From Myxococcales bacterium (GTDB taxonomy: Bacteria > Myxococcota_A > Polyangia > Polyangiales > JAFGIB01), in the NCBI GenBank assembly GCA_050118535.1, contig JASFKR010000004.1, positions 2,028 through 66,027 on the forward strand: a DNA stretch of 64,000 bases. The letters run 5' to 3'. Under the pieces are notes generated by a model. The model was not told where the DNA came from, did not search any database, and was given only the letters and a program-made list of their open reading frames with translations. A program made the position numbers and the translations under genes. Below are positions 18,743 through 29,145 of this stretch, piece by piece (the stretch's first letter is position 1; the number at the start of each line of letters is the position of its first letter).

Positions 18743-20192
18743 TGCCGGTGGCCTGCATGGCGTTGAGCCCGTCGGTGTTGAGGGTCAGCGTGGTGCCCAG
18801 CACCGTGTCCAGGGGCTCGAACGGAGCGCGCAGGGTGCCATCGGGGCCGCGTTCCGAGAAGGCGTTTCGGACGAAGGCGGCTCCGATCAGCCAGGGCTCG
18901 AAGAAGTAATTCAGTCCAATCCGGATGGTGCGGCTGTTGCGCCAGTGGGTCAGGCTCTGATCCGGCAACGTGTACTCCGCGTCCGTGATGGTCGTGATCC
19001 GGGCGTCGGCCAGGGGATAGGCGAGGTTCCAGCCAAATCCGACGGAGAGGTTGGCCGACAGCGTGGAGCTGAAGTTGGCGTTGGCACTCACGCCGAGCAC
19101 GAAGACGTCTCGGGTCGTGCTCGATCCGCCCAGGTGCACGCAGTCCTGCGAGGCATCCTGGTTTCCCAGCACGCACGGGAACGGCTTGGTTGCGCGCACG
19201 GTGTTCGACGAATTCCAGCGCCGCGAGTATGTGAGGCTCAAGCCGGCGTTCACGCCTTCGAGCCACTTCGAGTAGGTGACGAGGCCCGTGACGTTCGCAC
19301 CGGTCGATAGCACCATCGTCGCCGCATCGCTGGCATCCGAGGTGGGCAGCCCGATGGCGGCGGTGGGGATCAGTACGAGCGTGCTGTCCTCGGTGAGCGT
19401 GAAGAAACGCAGATCGTTGACGCGCAGACTGGTGTCGCCGGCCTGGAACTCCTGCGACGAGGTGGTGATCTCCGATTCGGTCAGCTCGAGCAGATAGGGT
19501 TGAACGACGGAGACCTGATACTGGGTGTCGGGAAAGCGGTAGCCGGCGCGAAGCAGAAAGGACCAGGAGTATTCCGGGTTGAAGCTCTGCTCGCCGCCAC
19601 GGGTCAGTCCCGCGGCGTTATAGCCCTGCGTCCAGGCCAGCGCCACGTTCCACGGCACCCGGGCGGACGCCCCGTCGGTTGCCTCTTCGTCTTCCTCCTC
19701 TCCGGGCGCCTCCTGCGGCGTGGGACGCGCGCCTACGGTCGGACTGGGCGTGGGTGTGGGGGTTGCCGTGGGCGGCGGAGCCGGCGCCGGCGAAGCGCTC
19801 CGCACCGGGCCCGACTCCGAATCCGACTCCGATCCCGTGTCCGGATCCGATGCCGATCCCGTGTCCGGTTCCGAGCCCGTGTCCGACTCCGTGCCCGGAT
19901 CCGATCCCGTGTCCAAGCCCGTGTCCGGATCCGAGTCCGATCCCGAGTCCGAGCCCGACTCCGATCCCGAATCCGACTCCGAATCCGAATTCGACTCCGA
20001 CTCCGATCCCGAATCCGACTCCGACTCCGAATCCGACGCCGATCCCGAATCCGACGCCGAGTTCGATCCCGAATCCGACGCCGGTTCCGACTCCGATCCC
20101 GATTCCGCTCCGGCCTGCTGCGCCCGGGCCGGGCCTGGTGCGGCCAGCCCGGCACACACGATCGCCGCCACCAGCCACCGCACCACCGACAT
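18723..20192 (-). CDS. Exported protein with Ser-Asp/Glu and Pro-Thr repeats and probable C-terminal outer-membrane beta-barrel
   Basis: Signal peptide ending ARA-QQ, about 95 aa S/D/E/G/T low-complexity tract, alternating amphipathic strands with aromatic residues. Confidence 0.72.
   Translation of the reverse strand: MSVVRWLVAAIVCAGLAAPGPARAQQAGAESGSESEPASDSGSNSASDSGSASDSESESDSGSESESNSDSESDSGSESGSDSGSDSDPDTGLDTGSDPGTESDTGSEPDTGSASDPDTGSESDSESGPVRSASPAPAPPPTATPTPTPSPTVGARPTPQEAPGEEEDEEATDGASARVPWNVALAWTQGYNAAGLTRGGEQSFNPEYSWSFLLRAGYRFPDTQYQVSVVQPYLLELTESEITTSSQEFQAGDTSLRVNDLRFFTLTEDSTLVLIPTAAIGLPTSDASDAATMVLSTGANVTGLVTYSKWLEGVNAGLSLTYSRRWNSSNTVRATKPFPCVLGNQDASQDCVHLGGSSTTRDVFVLGVSANANFSSTLSANLSVGFGWNLAYPLADARITTITDAEYTLPDQSLTHWRNSRTIRIGLNYFFEPWLIGAAFVRNAFSERGPDGTLRAPFEPLDTVLGTTLTLNTDGLNAMQATGNAPRQR
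19811..20107. repeat. Degenerate hexamer tandem array (TCCGAN-type) encoding SD/SE/SG dipeptides
   Basis: Runs of tccgac/tccgaa/tccgat/cccgaa visible directly. Confidence 0.9.
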
Positions 20193-20236
20193 GGGCAGGG
20201 AGTATGCCACGGCTGCTGTCCCAGTCACCCCACGCC

Positions 20237-20749
20237 TCATTCCACGTAGGTGCCGGACATGGCCGACGCCCGGCGCAGCGCCTCGAACAGCACGATGGCC
20301 ACCGCGTTGGAGAGGTTCAGGCTGCGCACGTGTCCACTGGTCGGGATCCCCCAGACCCGCTCGCGGTTTGCCTCGAGCAGCTCCTTCGGCAAGCCCACCG
20401 ACTCCCGGCCGAAGACCAGGGCGTCTCCCGGACGCAGATCGGCCTCCAGGTAGCTGCGCGTGGCCCCGGAGCTGAACATGTGCAGGCGCGTGTCCGGGCT
20501 GCCGCGTCGGTAGCTCCCGAAGTCCGCGTGCACCCTCACCCGCACCAGATGCCAGTAGTCGATGCCGGCGCGGCGCAGGGCGCGGTCATCGACGCGAAAG
20601 CCCAGCGGCTCGATCAGGTGCAGTGGGGTCGAGGTGGCCGCACAGGTCCTCGCTACCGAGCCGGTGTTCGGCGGGATTTCGGGCTCCACGAGCACCACCT
20701 GGAAGGGGCTCGCGAGCGGATGGCAGCGCAGCTTGGGCGTGTCGGGCAC
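20237..20749 (-). CDS. trmL: tRNA (cytidine(34)-2'-O)-methyltransferase
   Basis: VVLVEPEIPPNTG, LHLIEPLGF, LRRAGIDYW, FGRESVGLP, RSLNLSNAVAI. Confidence 0.95.
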   Translation of the reverse strand: MPDTPKLRCHPLASPFQVVLVEPEIPPNTGSVARTCAATSTPLHLIEPLGFRVDDRALRRAGIDYWHLVRVRVHADFGSYRRGSPDTRLHMFSSGATRSYLEADLRPGDALVFGRESVGLPKELLEANRERVWGIPTSGHVRSLNLSNAVAIVLFEALRRASAMSGTYVE

Positions 20750-20824
20750 GGTCGGACACTACCATCGGTGCCCTGCGATCGACGGACCTTCCCCAGATCA
20801 CCCGATTCGGGCTAGCCTCCGCCC

Positions 20825-21868
20825 GTGTTCCGGCCTCTGGTATGGCTCGTCGCCGCGGCAGCCCTCCTGGCGACGACTCCGGCCCGTGCCGACGACATGG
20901 ATCCTGCCCTGTCGCGGTTGCGCGTCGTCGGCGGCCGCGGGGACTGCCCCAATGACGAGGGGCGCTTTTGCGCCGACAACGAGCTCTTCGAGCGCCTGGT
21001 CTCGGAGATGGCCGTGACCCTGGCGCCGCCTCTCAGTGGGCCCGCGCGCACCATCGGTCAGACCGGTTGGCACCTGGGGGTGTCGACCACCGTGACCACG
21101 GTGCAGGCCGCGGAGACCTACTGGGTGCTGGGCACCGAAGGGGCGGACGCCAGCCCGGGCATGGCCTTCAATAGCGCCCCGGATCGGGCGCTGATTTGGA
21201 ACCGACTCCATGTCCGCAAGGGCTTGCCACTGGGCTTCGAGGTGCAGTCATTCGTGGGACAGGGCATGCAGACCTCGATGTGGGTCGTGGGTGCGGGGAT
21301 CAAATGGGCCCTGGTCGAGGGGTTTCGCACTGGTGCCGGGCAGCTACCAGACGTGGCGGTTGCCGCGAGCTATTCGCGCTCGGTCGGTTCGAGCCAGGTC
21401 ACCTTCAATCTCGGCTCGATGGAGCTGCTGCTGTCCAAGCCCTTCGTGCTCGAGCGCAGCTACATCCTGTCGCCGATCGTGGGTCTTCAGGGGCTGGCGG
21501 TGGACGTGGAGAGCGGCGTGGTCGATCTGACCCCCGGGGGCGCGCCCCTGACGGCCGATGGCGCCCCTGCCGAGGATGCGTTTGCCAGCTGCCTGCCCGA
21601 ACCGGGGCAACAGGCGTCCCCGCCGGACAATCGCCTTTGCACGGGCGACGACGCCGACCTGGCCAACGACGTGCGCTTCGATCCGGTCACCCAGGGACGC
21701 CTGCGGGTGATGGTCGGGGGCGAGCTGCGTTTCGACGTCCTCACCTTTTCTTTCGCGATATACGCGGACTTGCTGGCCCCCGACCTGAGCGCCGACGTGC
21801 GCCACTTGGGCTCGGACACGGCTGCGCGTCAGCTCGCCTTCAACGTGGCCCTCGGCGCGACCCTGTGA
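20825..21868 (+). CDS. Exported protein, probable outer-membrane beta-barrel
   Basis: Signal ending PARA-DD; amphipathic strands; C-terminus LAFNVALGATL; two Cys pairs. Confidence 0.7.
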   Translation: MFRPLVWLVAAAALLATTPARADDMDPALSRLRVVGGRGDCPNDEGRFCADNELFERLVSEMAVTLAPPLSGPARTIGQTGWHLGVSTTVTTVQAAETYWVLGTEGADASPGMAFNSAPDRALIWNRLHVRKGLPLGFEVQSFVGQGMQTSMWVVGAGIKWALVEGFRTGAGQLPDVAVAASYSRSVGSSQVTFNLGSMELLLSKPFVLERSYILSPIVGLQGLAVDVESGVVDLTPGGAPLTADGAPAEDAFASCLPEPGQQASPPDNRLCTGDDADLANDVRFDPVTQGRLRVMVGGELRFDVLTFSFAIYADLLAPDLSADVRHLGSDTAARQLAFNVALGATL

Positions 21869-22959
21869 GTGAGTTGGGCCACAGCCGGACCCGACGACGG
21901 CCGCGTCCGTGGGGCGTGCTCTCGGTGGCCCTCGCCCTGGCCGCGCTAGCCGCTCTCGTGGTGCTCGATCCACTGGAGCTCGGCGGATATGGCGAGCTGG
22001 CGGAGGCGCTGTCGGAGCGTGGACGCGTGGCGGTGGCGGGAGACGGCGAGTTGCGCTCGCTGCAGGCCCCAGGGACGGCGCTGATCGACGTCGCCACGCT
22101 GCCCGCAGTGCGGCGCGCGCTGTCCGGACAGGATGCGGGCGCGCTCACCTCGGCCATGCGCGAGGCGGACGTGGACGCCGTGCTGGTCGCCGCCGCGCCC
22201 CTGGCCGAGGGCGATTCACTGCGCGCGCGCATCGCTCGCTATGACCACGTCCCTGGCCTGCGCGGGCTGCACCTGTCGCCCGCGGCGGCGGTGTATGCGC
22301 CCGCCCTCGCGTCGGAGCTCGAGCCCGTGCACCGACGGGCGCTCGCGCACGTCGCGCGCGGTGTGGTCGGCGGTGCGCGGCCGCCGCGGGTGACCTCCTT
22401 CCCGGAGCCGCTCCGCCGCCTGCGTCCAGTGGAGGTGATGGTGCTGCTGCGGCAGGGGCCGCGTCCGCGGCTGTGGCGATCGGCGCGCGGTAACTCCATC
22501 GCGCGCGCGCTGCTGACCGCGTCCACCGTGGCTCGCAAGCGCTGGTTCGAGCGCGAGCAGGCCATGGGGGGAGGCCTCGACGCGCGGCTGCCGCAGCTTG
22601 CGGTCGAAGTCTCGCTGCTGTCCGACGACGGCACGGTGGGCGACAGGGACCCGGTCTTCATCGATCGCGTTTTTCGCCCGGAGCACGGCGTGGCCTACGA
22701 GCGCAAGGGGGCGTGGCGCTACCTACTACCCGACGATACCCGCGAGGCGGGGCAGGGCAGGGCGAGCGTCGCCTACCGCGAGCTCTTCGCGGAGGACGGC
22801 CTGTCGCCCGAGGCCATGGCATCCCCGGAGGTGCGCCTCTACCGACTGGTGGTGGAGCCGCTTGCCGAGTCGCCGCCCGTGCCGGCACCGTCGGACGGCC
22901 TGTCGGACGTGGGCGAGCCCGATGAGGTGCTCGACGACGCTCAGCCGGCGGCCGACTGA
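21865..22959 (+). CDS. Membrane-anchored protein with divergent AMMECR1-like C-terminal domain
   Basis: GTGA overlap with upstream gene; N-terminal TM; VEVSLLS...HGVAYERKGAWRYLLP...GLSPEAMASPEVRLYRL. Confidence 0.6.
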   Translation: MSELGHSRTRRRPRPWGVLSVALALAALAALVVLDPLELGGYGELAEALSERGRVAVAGDGELRSLQAPGTALIDVATLPAVRRALSGQDAGALTSAMREADVDAVLVAAAPLAEGDSLRARIARYDHVPGLRGLHLSPAAAVYAPALASELEPVHRRALAHVARGVVGGARPPRVTSFPEPLRRLRPVEVMVLLRQGPRPRLWRSARGNSIARALLTASTVARKRWFEREQAMGGGLDARLPQLAVEVSLLSDDGTVGDRDPVFIDRVFRPEHGVAYERKGAWRYLLPDDTREAGQGRASVAYRELFAEDGLSPEAMASPEVRLYRLVVEPLAESPPVPAPSDGLSDVGEPDEVLDDAQPAAD

Positions 22960-24413
22960 TCGGCGCCAGCGTGCAGCAAGTCGGCCAGGCGCTCGAATAG
23001 ATCCTCGAGCTCGAAGGGCTTGCGCAGCACCATGTCGGGGCGCCCCGCCTCTGCCACGTCCTCGGGCAGCTCGGTCCCGGTCACGAGCATCGCCCGGGTG
23101 ATCACGCCGCGTGCACGCAGCGCGGCCACCAGGGCGTCACCGCGCATGCCGGGCAGCAGCAGGTCCACCACTGCCAGCAGGAACGGTCCCTGCTCGCGCA
23201 GGGCCGCTTCCGGCGTGTCGACGGCGACCACTTCGGCGCCACGCATGCCCAGGGCGGTGGCGATCATCTCGCGCAGGCCCTCGTCATCGTCCACCACCAG
23301 AATGCGGCCCTCGATGGGCTCGGCGTAGAACACGCCGCTCGAGCGCTTGGCATGGCTGCGCTGCGTCTCCCGAGGCTGCTGCTGCGGGTGTTGATTCTCC
23401 GGGTAGCTCGTGTGGCGGGGCCCGTTCTGCTGCGCGGAACGAGCCACGTCTCGATCCTCGAGCCGTGGAAGCACCACGCTGAAGCGTGTGCCCAGCCCCT
23501 GGCGGCTGCGCAGCTCCACCTTGCCACCCAGCTCCTCGCACGCCTGGCGCACCGTGGGCAGCCCCAGCCCCGTACCGGCGGCCTTCGTCGTGAAGTAGGG
23601 CTCGAAGGCGCGCCGCTGCTCTTCCTCGCTCATGCCGGGGCCGTTGTCCTCGACCCCGAGCACCACCTTGTCGCCGGCGCTGCTGACCCGGATCTCCACG
23701 GTCCCGCCCTCGGGCAGGGCCTCCACGGCGTTGGCCGCCAGGTTCCAGACGATGGACCACGCGCTGCCGCGGTCGGCTGCGACGCGCAATCCGGGCTCGA
23801 TCACCGTGCGTACGTGAATGCGTCGCGCCTCCGCCCGGGGTCCCAGCATGCGGGCGGCCTCGTCCACGAAGCTGGAGAAGTCGACTCCCTCGCGCTCGCC
23901 CACTTCCTTGCCGCTCGACTCGCCCAGGAGGCGGCGGGCGGCGCGCCATGCGGAGTCGGCGCTCTTCTCGATCAGCTCGAGTGCTTCGTCGGTGCGCTCG
24001 CCCTGGCGAGCCAGCCGCGCCCAGCCCGCGATCGACCCCAGTGCGTTGGCCAGCTCGTGCGAGGCGCGGGCCACCCGGTCGTCACGCGCAGGAGGGGAAT
24101 CGGGGGTGGTGGTCTCGCGGGCCCGTACCGGCATCACGGCGGCCGCGCGCCCGGGCGCGCCCTGCAGCAGAAGCAGTCGTGCATCGTCGCCGAGCGTCAG
24201 CTCAACCTGTTCCCCGCGCCGCGCGCGCTCGAGGGCCTGCTCCACCTCGGCGCCCGTGATGGTGTCGCCCGAGATTCGCCTCAGTGCAGTCACCATATCA
24301 GGACAAGGCGTGCCGTCGAGAAGCGCCGCGGCCGGGGCGTTCGCCTCCACATCGCCCTGCGCTCTCTCGCGCAGGACCGGCGCCCCCGAACTCTCGAACA
24401 GCCAGTCGATCAA
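22941..24413 (-). CDS. Hybrid sensor histidine kinase / response regulator (cytoplasmic)
   Basis: H box ASHELANAL, N box NLAANAVEA, EDNGPGM, FEPYFTTK, GTGLGL; receiver LVVDDD, VVDLLLPG, LRKPF. Confidence 0.92.
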   Translation of the reverse strand: MIDWLFESSGAPVLRERAQGDVEANAPAAALLDGTPCPDMVTALRRISGDTITGAEVEQALERARRGEQVELTLGDDARLLLLQGAPGRAAAVMPVRARETTTPDSPPARDDRVARASHELANALGSIAGWARLARQGERTDEALELIEKSADSAWRAARRLLGESSGKEVGEREGVDFSSFVDEAARMLGPRAEARRIHVRTVIEPGLRVAADRGSAWSIVWNLAANAVEALPEGGTVEIRVSSAGDKVVLGVEDNGPGMSEEEQRRAFEPYFTTKAAGTGLGLPTVRQACEELGGKVELRSRQGLGTRFSVVLPRLEDRDVARSAQQNGPRHTSYPENQHPQQQPRETQRSHAKRSSGVFYAEPIEGRILVVDDDEGLREMIATALGMRGAEVVAVDTPEAALREQGPFLLAVVDLLLPGMRGDALVAALRARGVITRAMLVTGTELPEDVAEAGRPDMVLRKPFELEDLFERLADLLHAGADQSAAG

Positions 24414-24722
24414 CGTCTAGTCCTGATAGAAACTTACGGCTGAGTTAAAACTTATGCTGCCCGCCCGGGTCCGTCAACGACTTCGTTCAACCCGTGCCAA
24501 TCCCCTACAACAGAGCCGGTTTCCCCACAATGCCCCCAACCTTGGGAAACCATGCTTGTCCATCGATATCGCCTGCAGTCTTCGGTCTGACAACCCCGAA
24601 CATCCCCCGAATGGCACCTTGAGGGCGGAATTTTATATAAAAGTTACGATTTGGTAACGACGCTCGCTTCTTTGGATCCGCCACGGGCGGACGGCCATGA
24701 TCTGGTGTAGGCTCCGCGCCCC

Positions 24723-25022
24723 ATGGCCAGGCTGACGCTGGACGACGTCCACCACGTGGCGCGCCTCGCCGCCCTCGAGATCGACGAGGACGAGGCGCGC
24801 GACATGTGCGAGCAACTGGGCTCGATTCTCGGCTACATGGAGGCGCTCGACGTCCCCGACGTATCCGGGGTGGAGCCCACCTTCCACCCGGTCGCCATGC
24901 CGGCGCCGCTGCGGGCAGACGAAGTGCAGCCCTCGCTGCCGCGGGACGAGGCCCTCTCCCAGGCGCCCGCCTCGGAGGAGGGGGGCTTCGCGGTGCCCAA
25001 AGTGCTGGACGGTGACTCGTGA
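24723..25022 (+). CDS. gatC: Asp/Glu-tRNA amidotransferase subunit C
   Basis: [30 protein letters not shown]; first gene of gatCAB. Confidence 0.95.
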   Translation: MARLTLDDVHHVARLAALEIDEDEARDMCEQLGSILGYMEALDVPDVSGVEPTFHPVAMPAPLRADEVQPSLPRDEALSQAPASEEGGFAVPKVLDGDS

Positions 25023-26494
25023 GCGCGCCCGGGGTCGACGCACCACATGCCCACGGACTCGTGGGGCTGGCCGACGCCATCGCGGCGGGTGAGCTGTCGG
25101 CCGAGGAGGCCACCGTAGATTACCTGGGTCGCGTGGAAGCGCTCGATGGTGCGCTCGGTGCTTACCTGTACGTGGATGCCGAGGGCGCCCTGGCGCAGGC
25201 CCGCGCCGTGGACGCGGCCCGCGCGGCGGGTGAGAAACCCGGCCCGCTTGCCGGCGTGCCCGTCGCGCTCAAGGACAACCTCTGCACCCGCGGCCAGCCC
25301 ACCACCTGCGCCTCGCGCATCCTGGAAGGCTACGTGCCGCCCTACGACGCCCACGTGGTGCAGCGCCTGCGCGCGGCGGGTGCCGTGCTGCTCGGCAAGC
25401 TGAACATGGACGAGTTCGCCATGGGGTCGTCCACCGAGAGCTCCGCATACAAGCCCACCCGCAACCCCTGGGACACGACCCGCTCGCCGGGTGGCTCGTC
25501 GGGCGGCTCGGCGGTGGCCACCGCGGCGCGCCTCGCGGCGGCGACCCTGGGCAGCGACACCGGTGGCTCGGTGCGGCAGCCCGCCAGCTACTGTGGCGTC
25601 ACGGCCCTCAAGCCCACCTACGGGCGCGTCTCGCGCTATGGCCTGGTGGCCTTCGCATCGTCGCTCGACCAGATCGGGCCCATCACCCGCAGCGCCCGCG
25701 ACGCGGCGCGCCTGCTTGCGGTGATCGCGGGGCACGACCCCCGCGACGCGACGAGTGTCGACCGGCCTGCCCCCGACTTCGAGGCCGAGTGCGGCAAGGA
25801 CGTGCAGGGCATGCGCCTGGGCGTGGTGCGTGCGCTGATCGACGGCTGCGACGCGTCGGTGGTCGAGTCGGTCACCGCCGCCCTTTCGCGCCTCGAGCGG
25901 CTCGGCTGCGAGCTGGTGGACGTGGAGTTGCCCCACTCGGAGCACGCCCTGTCCGCCTACTACATCATCGCGCCGGCGGAGGCGTCCTCGAACCTGGCCC
26001 GCTTCGACGGCATGCGTTACGGCCTGCGCGTGCGCGGCGATGACCTGCGCAGTACCTATGAGAAAACCCGCCACGCCGGATTCGGAGCCGAGGTGAAGCG
26101 CCGCATCATGCTCGGGACCTACGCCCTGTCGGCTGGCTACTACGACGCCTTTTATTTGAAGGCGCAGCGCGTGCGCACGCTGATCCGACGCGACTTCGAG
26201 CACGCCTTCGAGTCGTGCGACGTGATCGTCGGGCCCACCGCGCCCACGCCGGCCTTCGTGAGCGGCACCCTGAGCGACCCCCTGTCCATGTACAAACAGG
26301 ACATCTTCACTCTGCCACAGCCCCTGGCGGGCGTGCCCGCCCTGAGCACGCCCTGCGGACTGGCGGACGGTAAGCTTCCCGTCGGGCTGCAGATCACCGC
26401 GCCGGCCTTCGAGGAGGGCCGCATCCTTCGACTCGCCCACGCCTTCGAGCAGGACATGGGCTGGGACGCCGCACCGCCGGATCCGGAGAGCTGA
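25019..26494 (+). CDS. gatA: Asp/Glu-tRNA amidotransferase subunit A
   Basis: Amidase signature [45 protein letters not shown]. Confidence 0.97.
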   Translation: MSAPGVDAPHAHGLVGLADAIAAGELSAEEATVDYLGRVEALDGALGAYLYVDAEGALAQARAVDAARAAGEKPGPLAGVPVALKDNLCTRGQPTTCASRILEGYVPPYDAHVVQRLRAAGAVLLGKLNMDEFAMGSSTESSAYKPTRNPWDTTRSPGGSSGGSAVATAARLAAATLGSDTGGSVRQPASYCGVTALKPTYGRVSRYGLVAFASSLDQIGPITRSARDAARLLAVIAGHDPRDATSVDRPAPDFEAECGKDVQGMRLGVVRALIDGCDASVVESVTAALSRLERLGCELVDVELPHSEHALSAYYIIAPAEASSNLARFDGMRYGLRVRGDDLRSTYEKTRHAGFGAEVKRRIMLGTYALSAGYYDAFYLKAQRVRTLIRRDFEHAFESCDVIVGPTAPTPAFVSGTLSDPLSMYKQDIFTLPQPLAGVPALSTPCGLADGKLPVGLQITAPAFEEGRILRLAHAFEQDMGWDAAPPDPES

Positions 26495-26495
26495 G

Positions 26496-27985
26496 ATGGC
26501 CGCGCCCTACGAACCCGTGATCGGTCTCGAGGTCCATGCACAGTTGCTCACGCGGACGAAGATCTTCTGTGGCTGTGCCAATGCATACGGCGCGCCGCCC
26601 AACACCCAGATCTGCCCGGTGTGCATCGGTTTGCCGGGTTCGCTGCCGGTGCCCAATCGCGCCGCCATCGAGCTGGCCATGCGGGCGGCGCTCGCGCTGG
26701 GCTGCCAGGTACGCGAGCGAAGTGTCTTCGCGCGCAAGAACTACTTCTATCCGGACCTGGCGAAGAACTATCAGATCTCCCAATACGAGCTGCCCCTCAA
26801 CGAGCACGGCAAGCTGGACATCGAGGTCGACGGCGAGACGCGTGCGGTGCGCATCGATCGCATCCACCTCGAGGAGGACGCGGCCAAGAACTTGCACGGC
26901 GTGGGCAGCGGCCAGAGCACGCTGGTCGACTTCAACCGCGCAGGGACGCCCCTGATCGAGATCGTCAGCGCCCCCGATCTGCGCAGCTCGGCCGAGGCCG
27001 AGGAATACCTGCGCCGGCTGCGCGAGGTGCTGATGGCGGTGGGCGCCAACGACGGCAACCTGGAGCAGGGCTCGTTTCGCTGCGACGCCAACGTCTCGAT
27101 CCGCCCGCGCGGCCAGGACGAGCTCGGCACGCGCACCGAGATCAAGAACATCAACTCCTTCCGCTTCGTGCGCAAAGCCATCGACTACGAGATCTCACGC
27201 CAGCAGGCGGTGCTGGGTGGGGGCGGCGAGGTGGCGCAGGAGACCCGTCAGTGGAGTGACGCCCAGGGCAAGACCCTGTCCATGCGCAGCAAGGAAGAGG
27301 CGATGGACTATCGCTATTTCCCCGACCCGGACCTGCCGCCCATCGTCGTCAGCGCCGAGCAGATCGAGCAGGCGCGCGCCGAGCTGCCGGAGCTGCCCGC
27401 GGACAAGCGCACCCGGTGGCAGCAGGAGCTGGGCGTGACCGCCTCTGACGCCGCGGTGCTCAGCGGTCACCCGGCCCTGGCGAGGTTGTTCGAGGGCACC
27501 GTCGAGCGCCTGGCCGCCGCCTTGGATGGCAAGCTCGAGGTGGCCAAGGCGGGCAAGCGCACCGCCAACTTCATCCAGGCCGAGGTCTTGCGCGACACCA
27601 GCCTCGACGGACTCGACGCAAAGATGCCGGTGGAGCCGGCCGCGCTCGCCGAGCTGCTCGCCCTGGTCGAGGCCGGCACCATCAGCGGCAAGATGGCCAA
27701 GGGCGTCTTCAGTGAGATGGTGGAGTCGGGCAAGAGTCCCGCGGCCATCGTGGAGGACGAGGGCCTGAGCCAGGTCAGCGACACCGGCGCCATCGAGGAG
27801 GAGGTGCGCAAGGTGCTGGCCAGCAGCCCCGACAACGTGGCCGCTTACCGCGCGGGAAAGAAGAACGTGCTGGGCTGGTTCGTGGGCCAAGTCATGAAGG
27901 CCACCAAGGGTCAGGCCAATCCGAAGCTGGTCAACGAAACCCTTCGCAAGCTGCTGGAGGACGACTCGGGCGGCGGGGACCCCTC

Positions 27986-27989
<4 letters not shown>
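26496..27989 (+). CDS. gatB: Asp/Glu-tRNA amidotransferase subunit B
   Basis: [50 protein letters not shown]. Confidence 0.97.
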
Positions 27990-29068
<1,079 letters not shown>

Positions 29069-29145
29069 GCGCGCCTGCGGCGGCCCACCGGCCGCCGCAG
29101 AGATGGGCTGTGGCGGGGTGACGTTCGGTTCGTAATTCCCCATGA

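Noticed and set aside
19811..20107. Repeat arrays here and at 47062-47143 as possible CRISPR
   Set aside because: Short in-frame tandem units with no unique spacers and no cas genes.
19618..20815. Alternative-frame and antisense ORFs with PT/PN, GI/GV, RI or SD repeats
   Set aside because: Shadows of the hexamer array in the SD-repeat gene; only that frame has a signal peptide and a folded C-terminus.
24612..24626. TGGCACCTTGAGGGC as a sigma54 promoter for gatCAB
   Set aside because: Spacing fits but the -12 TTGC element is poor, and a -10 hexamer sits directly before gatC.
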